64,000 bases of DNA from Sphyrna mokarran (lineage: Eukaryota), in NCBI GenBank assembly GCA_024679065.1, contig JAGIQG010000002.1, positions 67,704,001-67,768,000 on the forward strand. Reading direction: 5' to 3'. A model generated the notes under the pieces. It was not told the DNA's origin. It searched no databases and saw only the letters and a program-made list of their open reading frames with translations. Each line of letters opens with the position of its first letter. Positions within the stretch are counted from its first letter, which is position 1. A program made the translations under genes and the position numbers. Positions 1 through 14,215 of the stretch are shown here, one piece after another.

Positions 1-137
1 GGTTGGACTCCTTGGACACTATGGTCTCCTTGCAGTACAAGTTGTGGAATAGGATTTCAGGTCCGACAGCGTTCTTGCAGCAACCCAACTCCTCGGCATG
101 GCGGTCGTGTCTGTGTAGGACAGAATCGCGAAGAGCG
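1..137 (+). CDS. SEMA5A: Semaphorin-5A coding exon (5' end lies outside the window); TSP1 repeat
   Basis: Frame 1 reads GWTPWTLWSPCSTSCGIGFQVRQRSCSNPTPRHGGRVCVGQNREE(R), nearly identical to vertebrate SEMA5A. Donor gtaggt at 138, phase 2. Confidence 0.96.
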
Positions 138-405
138 GTAGGTGCAATTATTCCTTGAGCAAAGAATTCAATATATTATTTGTTTTAGAGAAAAAGTTCA
201 TTTGTGTTACCATATTTGTTTTTGTGGGTTGAGCTTCACAGCATTTCAAACACCATCTGTTTTGATTAGAGCGCTGTCACAAAAAAATGTTCACATTAGA
301 CTGGATGTGAAAAATTTGTTTAGAGTCTGATATAATGATTGGACACTGACAAGTGCCCAGAGGCTTTTCCTAAGTTTTTAAGAGTTGATTTGCTCTCATC
401 AGATT

Positions 406-590
406 TCTGATCCAGTATAGCACTATCTATGGTGTATCTTATCCAGTATGACAGTCTATGGGGTATCTTATCCAGTGTGATTCACTCTGTATGGGGTATC
501 TAATCCAGTGTGACTCACCCTCTACGGGCTATCTGATCCAGTATGTCACTCTCACTCTATGAGGTATTTGATCCAGTATGAAACTCTATC
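406..590. repeat. Degenerate ~30 bp tandem repeat, about 6 copies
   Basis: Recurring unit resembling TATCTgATCCAGTaTGAcactcTcTATGGGG. Confidence 0.8.
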
Positions 591-3500
591 AGGCATTAGA
601 CACAAATGTGTGACACAATTGTTCCCTCCCCCAGTCAGTGACTGTGTGTTTCCCAACATATCAGGCCTCAACATCACAATCATAGACCCTTCCCCACCCA
701 TCCATCCCCCACTCAGATGCTGCTCAGCCGCTGATCCCTGCCATGGGACAGTGGTGTCTGGAATGGCATTCCAAGGTGAAATGGTCTGCTCACTCTGTGC
801 TGAAGTGAACTTTAAGAATGGCACTATATGATGGAAAAGGCTGCCATTGCTTTTGATGCCATGATCGCCACTTTTTCCTCCCGATACCAGCCTTTGCCAA
901 TTTTGTGCAAGATGCTGGCTATAATTTTTTTAAACCTCTTAATTGTAACATATCGTAAACTAGCTGTGGAAGTACTCTGAACCTGAAGCATTTTTGAGAC
1001 ATGTCTTCTTAAAATTATTGCTACAGAACATTAAGCTTTAATTTTCACCCAGCAGGAATGGTGAAGGCAGGGGGTAGAAGAAGTTCTCCTTTTCTGCCTT
1101 CCCAGTGTGGAACTTTTTAAACCAGGAATATACATCAAAAAAATCAGCATGTATTACCCATGAGTTCCCATCCTTGTGAATGAGCTGGGAGTATTAAAAT
1201 TCCTCACTAGGAACTTTAATATGAATGTTTGCTCGTGCATTGCAAAACTGTTCTCCAATTGTATTTAATAATTCTGAATAAAATATTCATTGGCACAGCA
1301 ATCACAAATATTTTTCAAGCACAAGACACCTTGCTGACCATTTTAAATGGAATGAGTGTTTGTCAATTCAACACATTCGCTACTTGGGTCACGTCAAACA
1401 CTTCATTTTTGGACAATTCTTTTAATTGCATTTCTGAAGGATGCAAAAATCTTTTAAATTAACGAATCAAAAAATGTTAGAACTGTAATAAGTTACAAAT
1501 CCTTATCAAATCTAATACATAATAAAACTGTTTCAGTTTTTTTGAGTAGTACATTTAATCTATAATTCAAATCATGCAATTTTATATTTCAATTTCATGT
1601 TACACCATAGAAGCGAATAGCATCTGGCTTTAGATCACAGCACTGATTTCCTCCGGCATTGCCCACTTTCACAGCGAGCACAATCTGTGCTACTTAGAAG
1701 CTATAAAATTGAAATTCCAAAATAATTCGTCCTTTGCTTGTGTTTATATAATGTAAAGATCATGTGACCAATTCACCAGTGGCTGTTAGAGCTAAGTGGC
1801 AGTGCTCTGATAAAGCTCCCTTTTATATCTTAGGGGAACTCCTGAACTCAAAGCAAGCACCAACAAAGGGAAGCATTGAACTCATTTAGCAATTTAACTT
1901 CTTCATCACAGTGGCATTTGAGTTTGGTCCTCTTCATCTCTTTGTATCAACGCTGCTATTTCAAGCTGCATCCACCCACAAAATTGTTTCTTTTAAGATA
2001 ATAAGTTCTTGAAAAGTCATGCAAGAAAAATTTAGAAAGTTCTTGCTTTCAAAATACTTGGCCCTGATTTTTCCTCAGTATCTGAATTAATCACCCAGGA
2101 TTTGCTGAAAAAGTAATGGTGTGTGAACAGCTTGCCCAGTAGTGTGTTCTGTAGGTCATAGGATAAGTGAATGAGATTGGATTCCTTGTCCCTGGTAACT
2201 GAAACTTCGGCTGTCAAATACTTTGTTAAATCTCACAGCCTGGACTCACATTGAAGAATGACTGGATGAAGTAACAGGGGCTTGCAGAATCTATGCAGTA
2301 ATATTTCAGCAGGATTCATTGACTTAAAGAGGGAAGGACAAGACAATTGGAAAGATAAAAGTGATGAGAAAGAAAAACACACTGAGGGAGGTTTGTTCAA
2401 ATGGTGCAATGGTATATGATATGTTTGGAACAATAATAAGTATGACCACCCAATCAGTAATTCCTTTTAAATGTCAGCGTTAAGTATTTGCTGATTAGGG
2501 TGTCCTCAATTCTGTAAATGTTTTATTGGAGACAGGTTGATAATTAAAAGTAATCATAGTTGGGAGATCTTACTCACGTTATTTGACTCCAGTACCTTGG
2601 ATATTCCCAACCTGACTTTTTTTCTGAACTGGGAAAATAGTCAATAATGAAAGCAGCAAGCAAGGGGAAAAGAAAACACAAAATAGGTGGTGAAAAACAG
2701 TACTGCAGGTGCTTTGCTTCAGAACACAGCTGTGAACGAGCAGAGCACTGGGCTTAGGCACACTGCTTGTTAATGGACTTTTGAGACTTGCTTTTGTTTT
2801 TCAGAGGTTGAATTCCTTTTGATAGAAAAATACATTGACTCGGGAGAATTCGCCAGTAAAGCTTGTATTATGTATGAGCATGATTTGCATGAGAGTATTC
2901 CTGGTGAAGTGAAAGGAAGCAGTCACCTTATATACCCAGAATCAATTACTCAATTCCCATGTTTGACCTCCATTAATTTAACAGACTGTAATAAAACAGG
3001 TTTATATCAGTGTGGTAGAAGACATTGAGGCTCAGGCCTGAGAAAAGAGCAGCACACTGAACTCTGACTTGAAGTGCTGCCAGTAGAACCAAAAAAACTT
3101 GGCCCTAATTCATTAGCACAGAACACAATTCTCCAATTTATTCAGCAATAGATCTTAGCTGAATAAACATACCTGATGTTTATTGGAGCTTTCATAGATA
3201 TTTTGGAAATAAGACTAAACTTGTTTAAAAGCTCAGCAGCTTGGAAAGAAGCAACATTTATAAGACACAAGAAAACCTGATTTTTATTTTCATCTGAATG
3301 TGTTTTTTATAACAGTCATCCCTGACTAGATTTCAGTTTCAACATTGTTTGCAAAAAGGATTGCTGATTTTCTCAGAAAAGGTTCTTTAAAGGATTCTGA
3401 TTCGGCATTAAAAGCCTTCTGCTGCACCACGTTTCCACATGTCCGATGAACATGATTAGCAGCCTTTGCGTGCAGCTGCTTGGCAAGTTATCAAAACTTA

Positions 3501-4039
3501 AGCTAGAGCAGACGGTAGAGTTTATACAGCACTGTGGCCCCATGGGCCAATTCAAATAGTGAGGTTTGCCAGGGTTCCGGCACTATTAGTTCTTGTTTTG
3601 CGCTATTTATGCTGTACAGATGGTAGAAGTTAGCTCTAAGTTTTTACGCTTGTTGCTAGTTATCCTTATTAATCTATTCTCCATACATGGACATTATTAA
3701 AGCTAGCTGTTTGCAGCCAATTGAGATGATGTAGAATTTACACTGTGGTCAGATGCTTAGAAACAACAACAACTGATCAGGGAAAAGGTGGACTGACATC
3801 TAACAGGCTGCCGAACATATCTGACTGACTTTTGTCCAATAATTCTAACATGTCTGAAGCAGGTGGATAGAGTTTTACAAATGTGTTCCTTAATTATTAC
3901 ATTGATTTTCACATTGAAACATTATTATGTACAGCGAGTACTTGCAATATTTTTACATACTAAGCAGCATGCGATCCCAAAATCAACTTATCGGATCAAA
4001 ACTCTCCAATTCTGCCACATTAAGTAGTGAAAGGTAGTG

Positions 4040-5815
4040 AAAAATTGCTGGGCAATGAAGAGGCATCCATTCTCATTATGATGGAAGAGCATAACCCATC
4101 AGTGCAAAAGATAATACTGAAGCATCTGCAACCATCTTCATCTAAATGAATGATCCCTCTTGGTCTTCTCCTGAGTCCTCAGTATCACAGTTGCCAGACT
4201 TCAGCCAATTTGATTCATTACCCTTAATATCAAGAAACAGCTGAAGGTTTTGGAGACTGTAAAGGCGATAGACCCTGATAATGTTCCAATGATGGTACTA
4301 AAGACCTGTGTTCGAGAACTAATGGCACCTACCCGACAATGCAGAGAATTACTCATGTAGATCCTGTCCAGAAAAAGCAGGACAAATCCAAATTGGCCAA
4401 TTATTGCCCCGTTAGTCTACTCTTCATCATCAACAAATTGACAGAAGATATTGTCACCAGTGCTATCCAGTGGCACTTGCATAGCAATAATCTACTCATC
4501 AGTACTCCGTTTGCGTTCCACATGAGCCATTTGGCATCAGATTTCATTATCGTGTTAGTCTAAACATGGACAAAAGAGCTGAAAGAAATGGGAATTTATG
4601 GGGGAGGGGGTAATTCTACACTGATTGGAACCGTACTTGGCACAAAAGAAGATGTTTTTGATTATCTCAGGCCAGGATATCACTACAAGAGTTCTTCAGC
4701 ATAGTGTCCTCAACTCAACCAGCTTCAGCAGCTTCATCAATAACCTTGCATTCTTCATAAGGTCATAGATGGGGAAGTTTATTGATGTCCAGAACAATTT
4801 GCAGCTCTTTAAACATTGATGCAGTCCGTGTCCACACGTAATAAGAGTTGGACAACATTCAGGCTTGGAATGCAAAGTGGCATGTAATATTTTTGCCACA
4901 GAAGTCCCAGACAATGTCCAGCAAGAGAGAATATGACCATCTCCAATTGATGTTCCAGAATCACAGAATTGTTACAGTGCAGAAGGAGGCCATTTGGCTC
5001 ATCATGCCACCTCTCTGAATGAACATTATGACTTAATGCCATTCTCTTCCGCTTTCATGATTATCCTGCACTTTGTTTCTATTCAAATAATCATGTAATG
5101 CCATCTTGAATACCTCAATGGAACCTGCCTCCACCACATTTCCAGGCAGTGCATTACAGACCCCAACCACTTGCTATGTGAAAATTTTTTTCTCTCATTG
5201 CATTTATCATGGCATTACCATCGCCAAATGCTCCACTATCAACATTGTTGGAGTTACCATTGGCCAGAAACTGAACTGGACTAACCATGTAAATATTGGG
5301 AATTTTGCAGTGTATAACTAGTTTCATGATTCCCCAAAATCTATTCACCATCTGCAGGATGCAAGATCTGCATCCACTTGCCTAGGTGACTGCAGCCCTA
5401 ACAATACACAACACACTTGAGACAATCGCGGATAAAGCAGCCAGCTTAATCCTCATCCCATCCTCCATCTTAAAATTCACTCCTTCCATTGCTAATGCAC
5501 AATTGCAACAGGATGCACTGCAGAATCTTGCCAAACTTCCTTCGACAGAACCTTCCAAACCTGCAATTTCCCCAATGAAAGGACAAGGGCAGTTGGCTTA
5601 TAGGAACGTCACCACCTGCAAACTTCCTCCCGAGATATATGCCATTCTGACTTGCTGCTCTAATGCCATTCCTTCACTATCATTGAGTCAAAAACCTAGA
5701 ATGCCTTAACAACGTTGCTGGTGTACCTGGAAGGCAGCCCACTACCAGTCAGACAGAGTTATGGATGGGTAACAGATACTGGCCATGTCCACATCTCATG
5801 AATGAATTTTTTAAA
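4040..5815 (+). mobile_element. Decayed LINE (CR1/L2 group) reverse transcriptase and 3' tail, with a short minus-strand CR1-tail insert near 4957-5190
   Basis: DKSKLANYCPVSLL matches the NYRPISLL motif, with further RT remnants. The tail acatctcatgaatgaattttttaaaa is shared with 56555-56705. Confidence 0.8.
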
Positions 5816-6642
5816 AATCCAAATCCTTCATAATTTTAAACACCTTTGCTAAACCTTCTTTCAGCTAACCTTGTTCAACTGTATGATTTAGTGCCATTGG
5901 AAAGCCCAGAAAGAGAAAAGCAAAAGGGAAAAAAAAGCCTTTGAAAATGATTAACAATTTGGAATGCTTAATCTGTACTGACAGTACATTTCTAGTGGAA
6001 GCGGGGTCACGTGGTTATTTTGAGTTTGTACAATGATTTGCTAATCTAACATCTCATCACTCAGAAGCATTCACAGTTGAGCACTATAATTATATGTGAG
6101 AATGGTGCTGCCAGGTCCGGCAAGATTTCCCTTCAAAGATTTGTTTGATTATCATGCCATCTTTGTATTCAATCAGATATCATGTACTAAAGCTGTGTCA
6201 CGCACAGCAGCCAGGAAAAGCCAAAATGAAGCCAATTTGTTATTCCAGTGTTCCAGGTGCTGAAATGTAGCATTAAGGGGCTCTATTCCCAGTAATAACA
6301 TATGGATATGGTTCATTCATTAGAAAAGGTTAATCATCAGTAGTTAGGCACTTTTACTGTTGTGGCTGATTCCATGGTAGTGCAATTTCTTTGATGTAAT
6401 GTTACCTTACTTTCATTATGAGGTTGCATTTAGATCTGTAATGTGCAATTTTCATTTTTGCCAAGCATTTGCACATCTGGCAGTATTCCTGTAAGCTCCA
6501 TATGTTATCTTGAATTTTTAAAAATGTTTTATTCTCATTAAATACAATAAAAGTTAAAATGAAAACATTGCTAATGCACACACAGTATTTTGTGATAGTC
6601 ACTATATAAGGGTGTGTACTAATTATTCTGCTTCTTTTCTAG

Positions 6643-6790
6643 GTATTGCAATGAGCATCTTCAATGCCCTCTGCACACATTCTGGACTCCTTGGGGCCCA
6701 TGGGAACGCTGCACTGCACAGTGTGGGGGAGGGGTGCAGGCCCGGAGGCGAACATGTCAGAATGGCAACGACTGTCCAGGTTGCAAGATG
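6643..6790 (+). CDS. SEMA5A: Semaphorin-5A exon; TSP1 repeat
   Basis: Acceptor cttttctag and donor gtaagc. Reads (R)YCNEHLQCPLHTFWTPWGPWERCTAQCGGGVQARRRTCQNGNDCPGCKM. Phase matches the previous exon. Confidence 0.96.
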
Positions 6791-8224
6791 GTAAGCATGT
6801 CATCAAAGGTCACCAAAGGATCTACGTGTGCTTTTTACTAACATAATTTGATATGGTTGGTTCACAAAGGTTTTTCCAAATACCTAAAGTGCTTTGACAG
6901 GCCTTGAATTGTTTATGATGTGAAACTATGATTTCACTTTTAATAATTTAAGCAAATATTATAGAGTGTATTGGCTGCAACATTAATTTCACCCTCAGGC
7001 AAGTCTCCAATAATGTGAAACCTTTCTGATATCACACAATATACAGAAGCTACCAGAGTGTGAAAAATTGAACTGTCAGCTGAATTAATTCCCACCACAC
7101 ACAAAAATTGCATGACAATTAGAAAGATTTACATTTTGATTCAACAGATAACGCTAATGACCTTTGGAAGCCTTTATTTTTGCTGGAGCAGCAGCAGCAT
7201 AGTGCATGTATGGAAACTCATAAACCTGGTTTCATTCATTTTCTTTCCTCATCTCAAAGCCCAGAAGCACAGTGGTTGAATATTTGATTCAGAAATTGCC
7301 ATTTGGAAACTTCAGCCCTCTTCAGAGCTGGTGATTCATCAAATGAGTTTTATTGATTCTCTGCCAACTACTGGTCAGGCATGTCATTAAGTTATGATCC
7401 TTGACCAAGTCCCATATTGATGCTAAGGTCCGGTTAGAAACCAATAACGTTTTCTTTAAAGTAAACAAAATTTGAGATTTAAGGTAAATGAAGAAAGTCA
7501 CAAGAATCCATGGGTTTTGAACAAACAAACAAAAACATAAAGGTAAGACAGTTTACAATGCCTACCTTGTGCTCTAACATTCAGGATTAAGATGAATTGC
7601 ATGTGAATTAACAGCAAAATTGTGGAGAAATACACCACACTGTGCACTCGCCACTGTGCAGAAGCGACCAAAACAGGTTCCCTAGATCTCTCAGTAAGCC
7701 ATCCAGATGTCTGTAATGTTGAGTCCATAAATCTCACTGAAATTCTGTCTTTCTCATGAGGCACCTTAGTATTTTTATCTTAGAAGATCCCATCTTGGAA
7801 TTCTCTAAATAATGTTGCTTCAACTTTGATGATGATCATCACCACCGCCACCACCACCCCCCCCTCCCTCCCCCCACAACAACCCACCAACTGATGGTTT
7901 CTGTCTCATCTGAGATTCCAATCTCCTGGATTTCTGAGTATGCAACCAAGCACCAAATTGCCAATACAATTTCAGATTTTCGGCTGTGCTGAGCAAACTT
8001 TTACTGCTCCAAAGCACTACCTTTGCTCCAACGTCTTGCAGCGCAGAGTCACAAACTTTTCCACTGGATCTTCAATGGATCTTTATTTAAAGTCTGCTCC
8101 CGACAACCCTTTCTGTAATCTATTTCTGACTCCTGTCTCTGTCCCCGACTTTAGACTTTCATTTGGAATCTTCCCCTAACCCATCTCCCCTGTTGGAACC
8201 ATTCCCTCTCTCCTGCCTGGGACA

Positions 8225-8415
8225 CTAGTCTTTCCGTAAGAATTGGGAAAAGGAATAGACAATTTAGCCCCTCATGTCTGCTCTGCCATTTAATATGATC
8301 ATGGCTGATATCGCCACAGCCTCATCTCCACTTTCCTCCCTGTTCACTATAGCCACTATTCACTATAGCTCTTCAATGCCTTACTAATTACAAATGTGTC
8401 CATCTCTTCCTTAAA
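8225..8415 (-). mobile_element. CR1 LINE 3' end fragment
   Basis: Resembles the CR1 3' tail at 37110-37270 (ctctgccatttaatatgatcatggctgat). Confidence 0.6.
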
Positions 8416-9122
8416 TGGTGCTCAGCTCTCCAGCACCTGATCCTATCTTCTTGCACAGATGCACTGGGTGCAAAAAATGTAAAAATGCTGATCTGATCGC
8501 GTGCAGCTCATCCTCTGTCTGCACATGCTGAAACATTATGAAATCTGCTGGAACTTGAGGTTTCTGACCTCTGCTGTCACTGTTAAGGTAAATTTGAGTT
8601 CCTTAACAAAGCCTAAATGCCATTGGTGATGGCGACAGTGGTTGTAACAGCAGTTGGATGGGGTGTTAGTGTGTGCAATTATACTTATTTAATTATGAGT
8701 CTTGTGTTAGCAGGTAAATAGCTACTGAGAACACTAGGCACGTCTAGTGTAAAAGTGAAAGCTATCTGAGTGTATTTAAACTTATGAATGATGTGATAAA
8801 ATCTGCAGGCATTTGTTTAAATGTGGATGGGAGACCTGACTTTATAGCAGTGTCTTAAGGTGAAGGGACCAGTGCTGCTGCCTTGCCAATCTCCGTGAAG
8901 TTGATTTTCCATTTCAGGCCTGCACAAAATACTGAACCATCAGGAGAGGTCCAGATCCCTAAATCATTACACAACTGTAAATGTACAAACTTATATATGT
9001 ATCGCAATTGTCATTCATTTTTATGGGCTATGAAATTCAAACCACAATAAAACAAGGAAGAATTTCTTGGATGTAGGAGTCTTGGGTGTTATAGAACTTT
9101 TCCCCATACCAATTCTATAACT

Positions 9123-9392
9123 GCGGCGACACAGTGGCACAGTGGTTAGCACTGCTGCCTCATCGCACCAGGGACCCGGATTCAATTCCCAGCTTGGATC
9201 ACTGTCTGTGTGGAGTTTGCACATTCTCCCCCTGTCTGCATGGGTTTCCTCCGGGTGCTCCAGTTTTCTCCCACAGTCTGAAAGGCATGCTAGTCAGGTG
9301 CTATAATGTGACAACTAGGGGAATTTCACAGTAACTTCATTGCAGTGTTAATGTAGGCTTACTTGTGACTAATAAATTAACTTTAACTTTAA
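9123..9392 (+). mobile_element. tRNA-derived V-SINE (HE1-like)
   Basis: A-box ggcacagtggttagcactgctgcc, B-box gattcaattcc, V-domain gtgtggagtttgcacattctcc, tail aataaa...(ctttaa)n. Confidence 0.9.
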
Positions 9393-9921
9393 CAGAACAT
9401 ACTCATCTGCTAGTCCTTCATTTTAGTATGAAGATGAGTGGCAAATCAAGAAAATACAGAAACAGGAGAGTTTTGTCAAAATGACTGACAGGCTACCTTC
9501 TTCATGTTATTATTATAAACAAGCAAAGACCACTTTTGCCTTTGGGCCCTAAACCAATCTTCCAGACATGTTAAACACCCTGAAGGGCATAATATTGACC
9601 TTAGGTTTAGGTTATTTAAATGCCTGAATAATTCCCATGGTTCTTGTCAATTGCAGGCCATTGCATCTGAAATTATAGGAGAAAAGTTGGATGCAGGTGA
9701 GTAGAGGAGCATAAAGGGAAGAGTTGATAATAGTATTGTGAGGTTCAGAATAACCATGGAAAAGGACAATATTATGAGAGTTCCAGTGACTGAAGGGCTT
9801 TATTTAACCTAAGTTGGGAGATCAATCTTCTGCTGCCCTTCTGAGGACTGCTCACCCATTACATGGGTTTGCAGCACAATTTATATCTGAGTTAACAAAA
9901 TCAGTTAAAGCATAAACATAT

Positions 9922-10047
9922 TGAGGTGAATTTTCTCATTCGGCCCACCATGGGAATTGTAGCAGGTAAGGAGTGGACCATGGAAAGGCCCATTGACCTC
10001 GGGCAGGATTTTCCGGCTTTAGGGCAAGCGTGCCAGAAAATCCCACT
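9922..10047. mobile_element. ~125 bp MITE related to 30995-31121
   Basis: Termini ggtgaattttct and agaaaatcccac. Shares the internal motif acctcgggcag. Confidence 0.55.
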
Positions 10048-10229
10048 TGTGCTATAGTCAGATCAGGTGCATTCTAGACTGAAAATACTTCACTGGAGAA
10101 GGAACAATTTCTGTGAGGTAGAAGAGATCTTACCTGGGGAAATTGGAATCAAAGCCTAACAGGCAAAACCGTAGCAGAGCAAAGCATTTAAAGTGGAGAG
10201 GTTTCAGGTATAGTCAAGATATATTTCCA

Positions 10230-12345
10230 CAAAGGAAAAGCTTAGGGCAACCAAAGCCCAAGCTCCCTTGTTGACGAAGAGATGAAACAGAAAAGGGGTG
10301 TATATGACAGGTGTCAGGTTGATACTACATTTGCAAACTGGGCTATATTTTGAATTTTAAGAGAAGTGAAAAGGAAATGAGGGAGTATGAGAAGAGAATG
10401 GCAGTTAGCATCAAGCAGAATCTAGAAACCTGCTACAGACATATAGATAGCAAAAAGTTACAAGGAAGAGGGGTAGAGCTGATTGGGGATCAAAAGCTAC
10501 AGAGGATATGACTAAGTCTTAATGAAAAAAGAGGTAGCTAAGATTACTGAGGGGCTAAAATTAATAAAAAAGGAGATACCAGAAAGGTGTGCTGTGCTTC
10601 AAGTTGATTAGACTATAAAGATGCATCCGATGATGTCGAGTAAAATAAGAGTGAAATTTGTAGGAGGTACAGGCTACAATCTTCCAATGCTTGTTAGATA
10701 TGGAGCAGGGGATGGTTCCAGAGGGCTGGTCAATTACTAACGTAACACTCTTGTTCACAGAAAGGTATAAAAAGAAACCTAGTAACTATAGACCAGTTAG
10801 TTTAACCTGACTGGTGAGAATTTTTTTAAAAACAATAATCTGGGCAAAACTAATAAATAGTTGGGCAAGTATGGATTAACTAATGAAAGTGAACAAGGAT
10901 TTGTTAAAGATAACTTGTGTTTAACCAACTTTATTAAGTCCTGTGATGCAAGGGTTGACAAGATGTGTAGGATTTCCAAAGGGCTTTGATAAAGTGCCAT
11001 ACAATAGGCTTGCCAGTTGAAGACAAAGCTGAAGACAATGAACAACAGGCACAGTGGCAGCATTGATACAAAATTAGCTGACTGACTGGAAGCAGAGAGT
11101 AGTAGTGAACCTTTGTTTTTTGGACTGAAAAATGGTATACAGTGGGGTTCCCAGGATCTGGTTGTAGAACCACTCTTTTTGATCATCTGTAACAATGACT
11201 TACAGTTGGATGTAAAGGTATAATTTCCAAACTGGCAAAATTTTGGATGTACTATCACTTTTGAAGAGGATAGGTTTAGACTTCAAGAGAACATAGACAA
11301 GCTGATTGTATGGGTAGACATGTGATGGATGAAATTTAATACTGAGAACTTGTCTTCTTCTTAGAATCCTTCTGTGTCAAGGATGATTTGCTCCCATACT
11401 AAAAATGAATTCTTGGGTGATCAAGGAGTCCAATGTGTAACCTACAGGCTCTGTCACAGGTGGGGCAGATGGTGGTTGGAGGAGCGCATCATGGAGTACT
11501 GGAGTTGCCAAGCGCTCCTTTCCATGTTGATGCTCTCAGCAATGAAACTCAAGGTGTTCAGCTCTTTACAGATGCTTTTCTTCCAGTTCATGCAATCTTG
11601 GGCTAGGGATTCCCAAGTATTGGTGAGGCACTTTCTCAAGAAAGCTTAATGTCAGGTTGAGAAAGTGATTCAAAAGGAATTAGGACCTTAGGTTTTATAA
11701 ATGAAAGCATAGAATACAAAATTCAGGATGTTGTGATGAATCCTCATAAAACACTGGCCAGAATCACTGTAGTATTGTGTTCAATTTGGGACAGCACACA
11801 TTAAGTAGAGTATGAAGACTTTAGAGACAGCGCAGAAAAGATTTACGAGAATGGCTCTATGGATAAGTGACTTCAGTTAAGTAGATGGATTGGAGAAGCT
11901 TGGGATGTTCTCCTTAGGAAAGAGAAGATTGAGAGGAAATTTGATAGGTGTGTTCAAGATTATGGAATGGGGAGTGGCAGGATGGGATGGTCTGGACAGA
12001 ATAGATAGAGAGAAACTGTTTCGATTGGCAGAAAGTTGAAAAAGCAAACGAAAATTGATATATGGTGATTGGCAAAAGAACCAGAGGTGATATGAAGTAA
12101 AAGTATTTAGATAGCAGATGTTTACAATTCAGAATGCAATGTCTGAAAGCACAGTGTAGGGTGGCTGAATTATGGCTTTCAGAAGATTATTGAATAAGCA
12201 GCTGAAAGGGAAAGGAAATCCTGGATTATGAAGGAAATATGCACAAAAGAGTGGGACTACTTGATTTGCTCCTGCAGAGGGGTGGCAGAGCCTTTACAAG
12301 CCAAATGTCCTCTCTCTAAACTGTAAACATTTTATGATTCTGTAA
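10230..12345 (+). mobile_element. Decayed CR1 LINE (RT and 3' end)
   Basis: NYRPVSLT (aactatagaccagttagtttaacc), QGF...CLTN, DFQRAFDKVP and GVPQGS remnants. Tail ends ttttatgattctgt. Confidence 0.9.
11352..11650 (-). mobile_element. RTE-like LINE 3' fragment nested in the CR1
   Basis: Minus strand reads LRKCLTNTWESLAQDCMNWKKSI, matching the WESLAQDRxxWR motif of RTE C-termini, with a (GAA)n-like tail. Confidence 0.7.
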
Positions 12346-12387
12346 TTTTAATTACACCTCTGAAGTTTATGTTGTCCTATGTCAAAG

Positions 12388-12730
12388 CAGCATGATGGTG
12401 TAATGGTTAGCACTGCTGCCTCACAGCTCTAAGAACTCGGGTTCAATTGGTGACTGTGTGGAGTTTGTATATTTTCCCATGCCTACATGGGTTTCCTCCG
12501 TGTGCTCTGGTTTCCTCTCACAGTTCAAAGATGTGCAGGCTAGGTGGATTACCCACACTAAATTGCCCCTTACTGTCACAATTTGTGTAGGTTAGATGGA
12601 TTAGCCATGGTAAATGTGTTGAGTTATGGGGCTAGGGTGGGGGAGAGCGCCTGGGTAAGATACTCTGTGAGAGAGTTGGTACAGACTCAATCGACTAATT
12701 GATTTCTTCTGCACTGTAGGGACCTATGAT
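12388..12730 (+). mobile_element. V-SINE (HE1-like)
   Basis: tggttagcactgctgcctcacagc head, V-domain and CR1-derived tail. Confidence 0.9.
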
Positions 12731-13949
12731 AGAGGTGATAAACAAATGCATGTCATCATAAACAGCAGCCAGAAGTAATCTGAATGATCCCAAGCTAAAG
12801 ATTTTTATCAGGGAAAAAATAACTTTATCTCTGTTGCACTTCCTCTTGGACATTCTAATTGGAGAGGGGTCAGGTGTAGGGTCTGAGGTACAGTTCTTCT
12901 GAATATCATCAAAATGGCCATCAATGGTGAAGAAGAAGGAAGATGGTGCACAAGAGCCAGGAAGCGACTTGCACTTATTGTTTTAATTCCACTCATTGTA
13001 AGCAAATGTGGTCCACCTGCCCTTTAGGATAACCACCAGAAAAACATACACTGATATGAAGGAGGAAGATACACAACAATACCAGTCTCCATCCCTATTT
13101 CTTGTGGTATTTCTCAGAGCCAATTGCAGCAAATAAGCCCTACATTTATACTCATTGGGGTAGAGCTTACAGGTAATATTGTTATGATACAATTATGAAA
13201 TATTATGATGCATTCAAATGTGTTAAATGTATTTGTAGGAAATTCTCTTTCCCCAAGCCTATTTATTTTAAATAACAATTCATACGATAACATTGCTACC
13301 AGCAACTTTCACATCATTATCGCTAAATTGACTGAAAAAGAATGGACTTGCAAGAAAATGGCAAAGTGAGCAATCCATTTCTGCTTTGTATCAATTAGCT
13401 ACCACGTGTGTGAACCTTGCTAATAGCTATGGAAGCAGTTAAGGTGAAAAGCAAACTCAAAGGACTGTTGTTTCACTGTAAAGTCATCTTTCTACATGTT
13501 AGATATTTACTAGCCACAGTGCTGGAACATTAAAATGCGCACGCTTCATCAACTGGCAATCATTCAAGACAAATTTGGAGCAGAACAATTGGCTCCTGTA
13601 GTAACCTAAATGAAAAAGTTTTACAAGCTTCTTTCATCTTCTGAAAATTCCTTCATAAACTCCTATAATAATAAGCAAAATAAAAGCTTCTAGTCTTGTT
13701 CTATAATCTGAAAACATTGACTTAAGTGGTGTCACCCATGTGTGATAAAAATTCTCTGTTCAATTCTTTTTGGAAAAGCAGCTGGGGAACACATGTCTAA
13801 ACCTGGCTTTTTGATGATTCAGTGACACATAAACTAGTGATTGATCTAGTATTGAAATAGAATTTGGTTTGTGCTGATTCCCTTTTTCAGGCATTGCATG
13901 GATACAGTGAATCCTAATTTAGCAGTGGGAACAGGCTGGGTCAAGTGGT

Positions 13950-14215
13950 GGCGTGGTGGCACAGTGGTTCATATTGCTGCTTCACAGTGTCAGGGACCTA
14001 GGTTTAGTTTCCCGGCTTGGGTTACTGTCAGTGTGAAATCTGTATGTTCTCTCCATGTCTGCGTGGATTTCCTCCCACAGTTCAAAAAACATGCTGGTTA
14101 GCTGCATTGGCCATGCTAAATTCTCGCTCAGTGTACCCAAACAGGTGCTGGACAGTAAGTTCATTGCAGTGTTAATGTCAGCCTACTTGTGACACTAATA
14201 AATAAACAAGTTTAA
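13950..14215 (+). mobile_element. V-SINE, same subfamily as 9123-9392
   Basis: tRNA head and tail cattgcagtgttaatgtcagcctacttgtgacactaataaataaac. Confidence 0.85.

Noticed and set aside
406-590. CRISPR-like array
   Set aside because: Spacers are homologous to each other, there are no cas genes, and the context is a vertebrate intron.
9123-9200. tRNA genes at SINE heads (also near 12390, 13955, 24970, 50280, 58320)
   Set aside because: A and B boxes run straight into the V-SINE body, and no full cloverleaf is evident.
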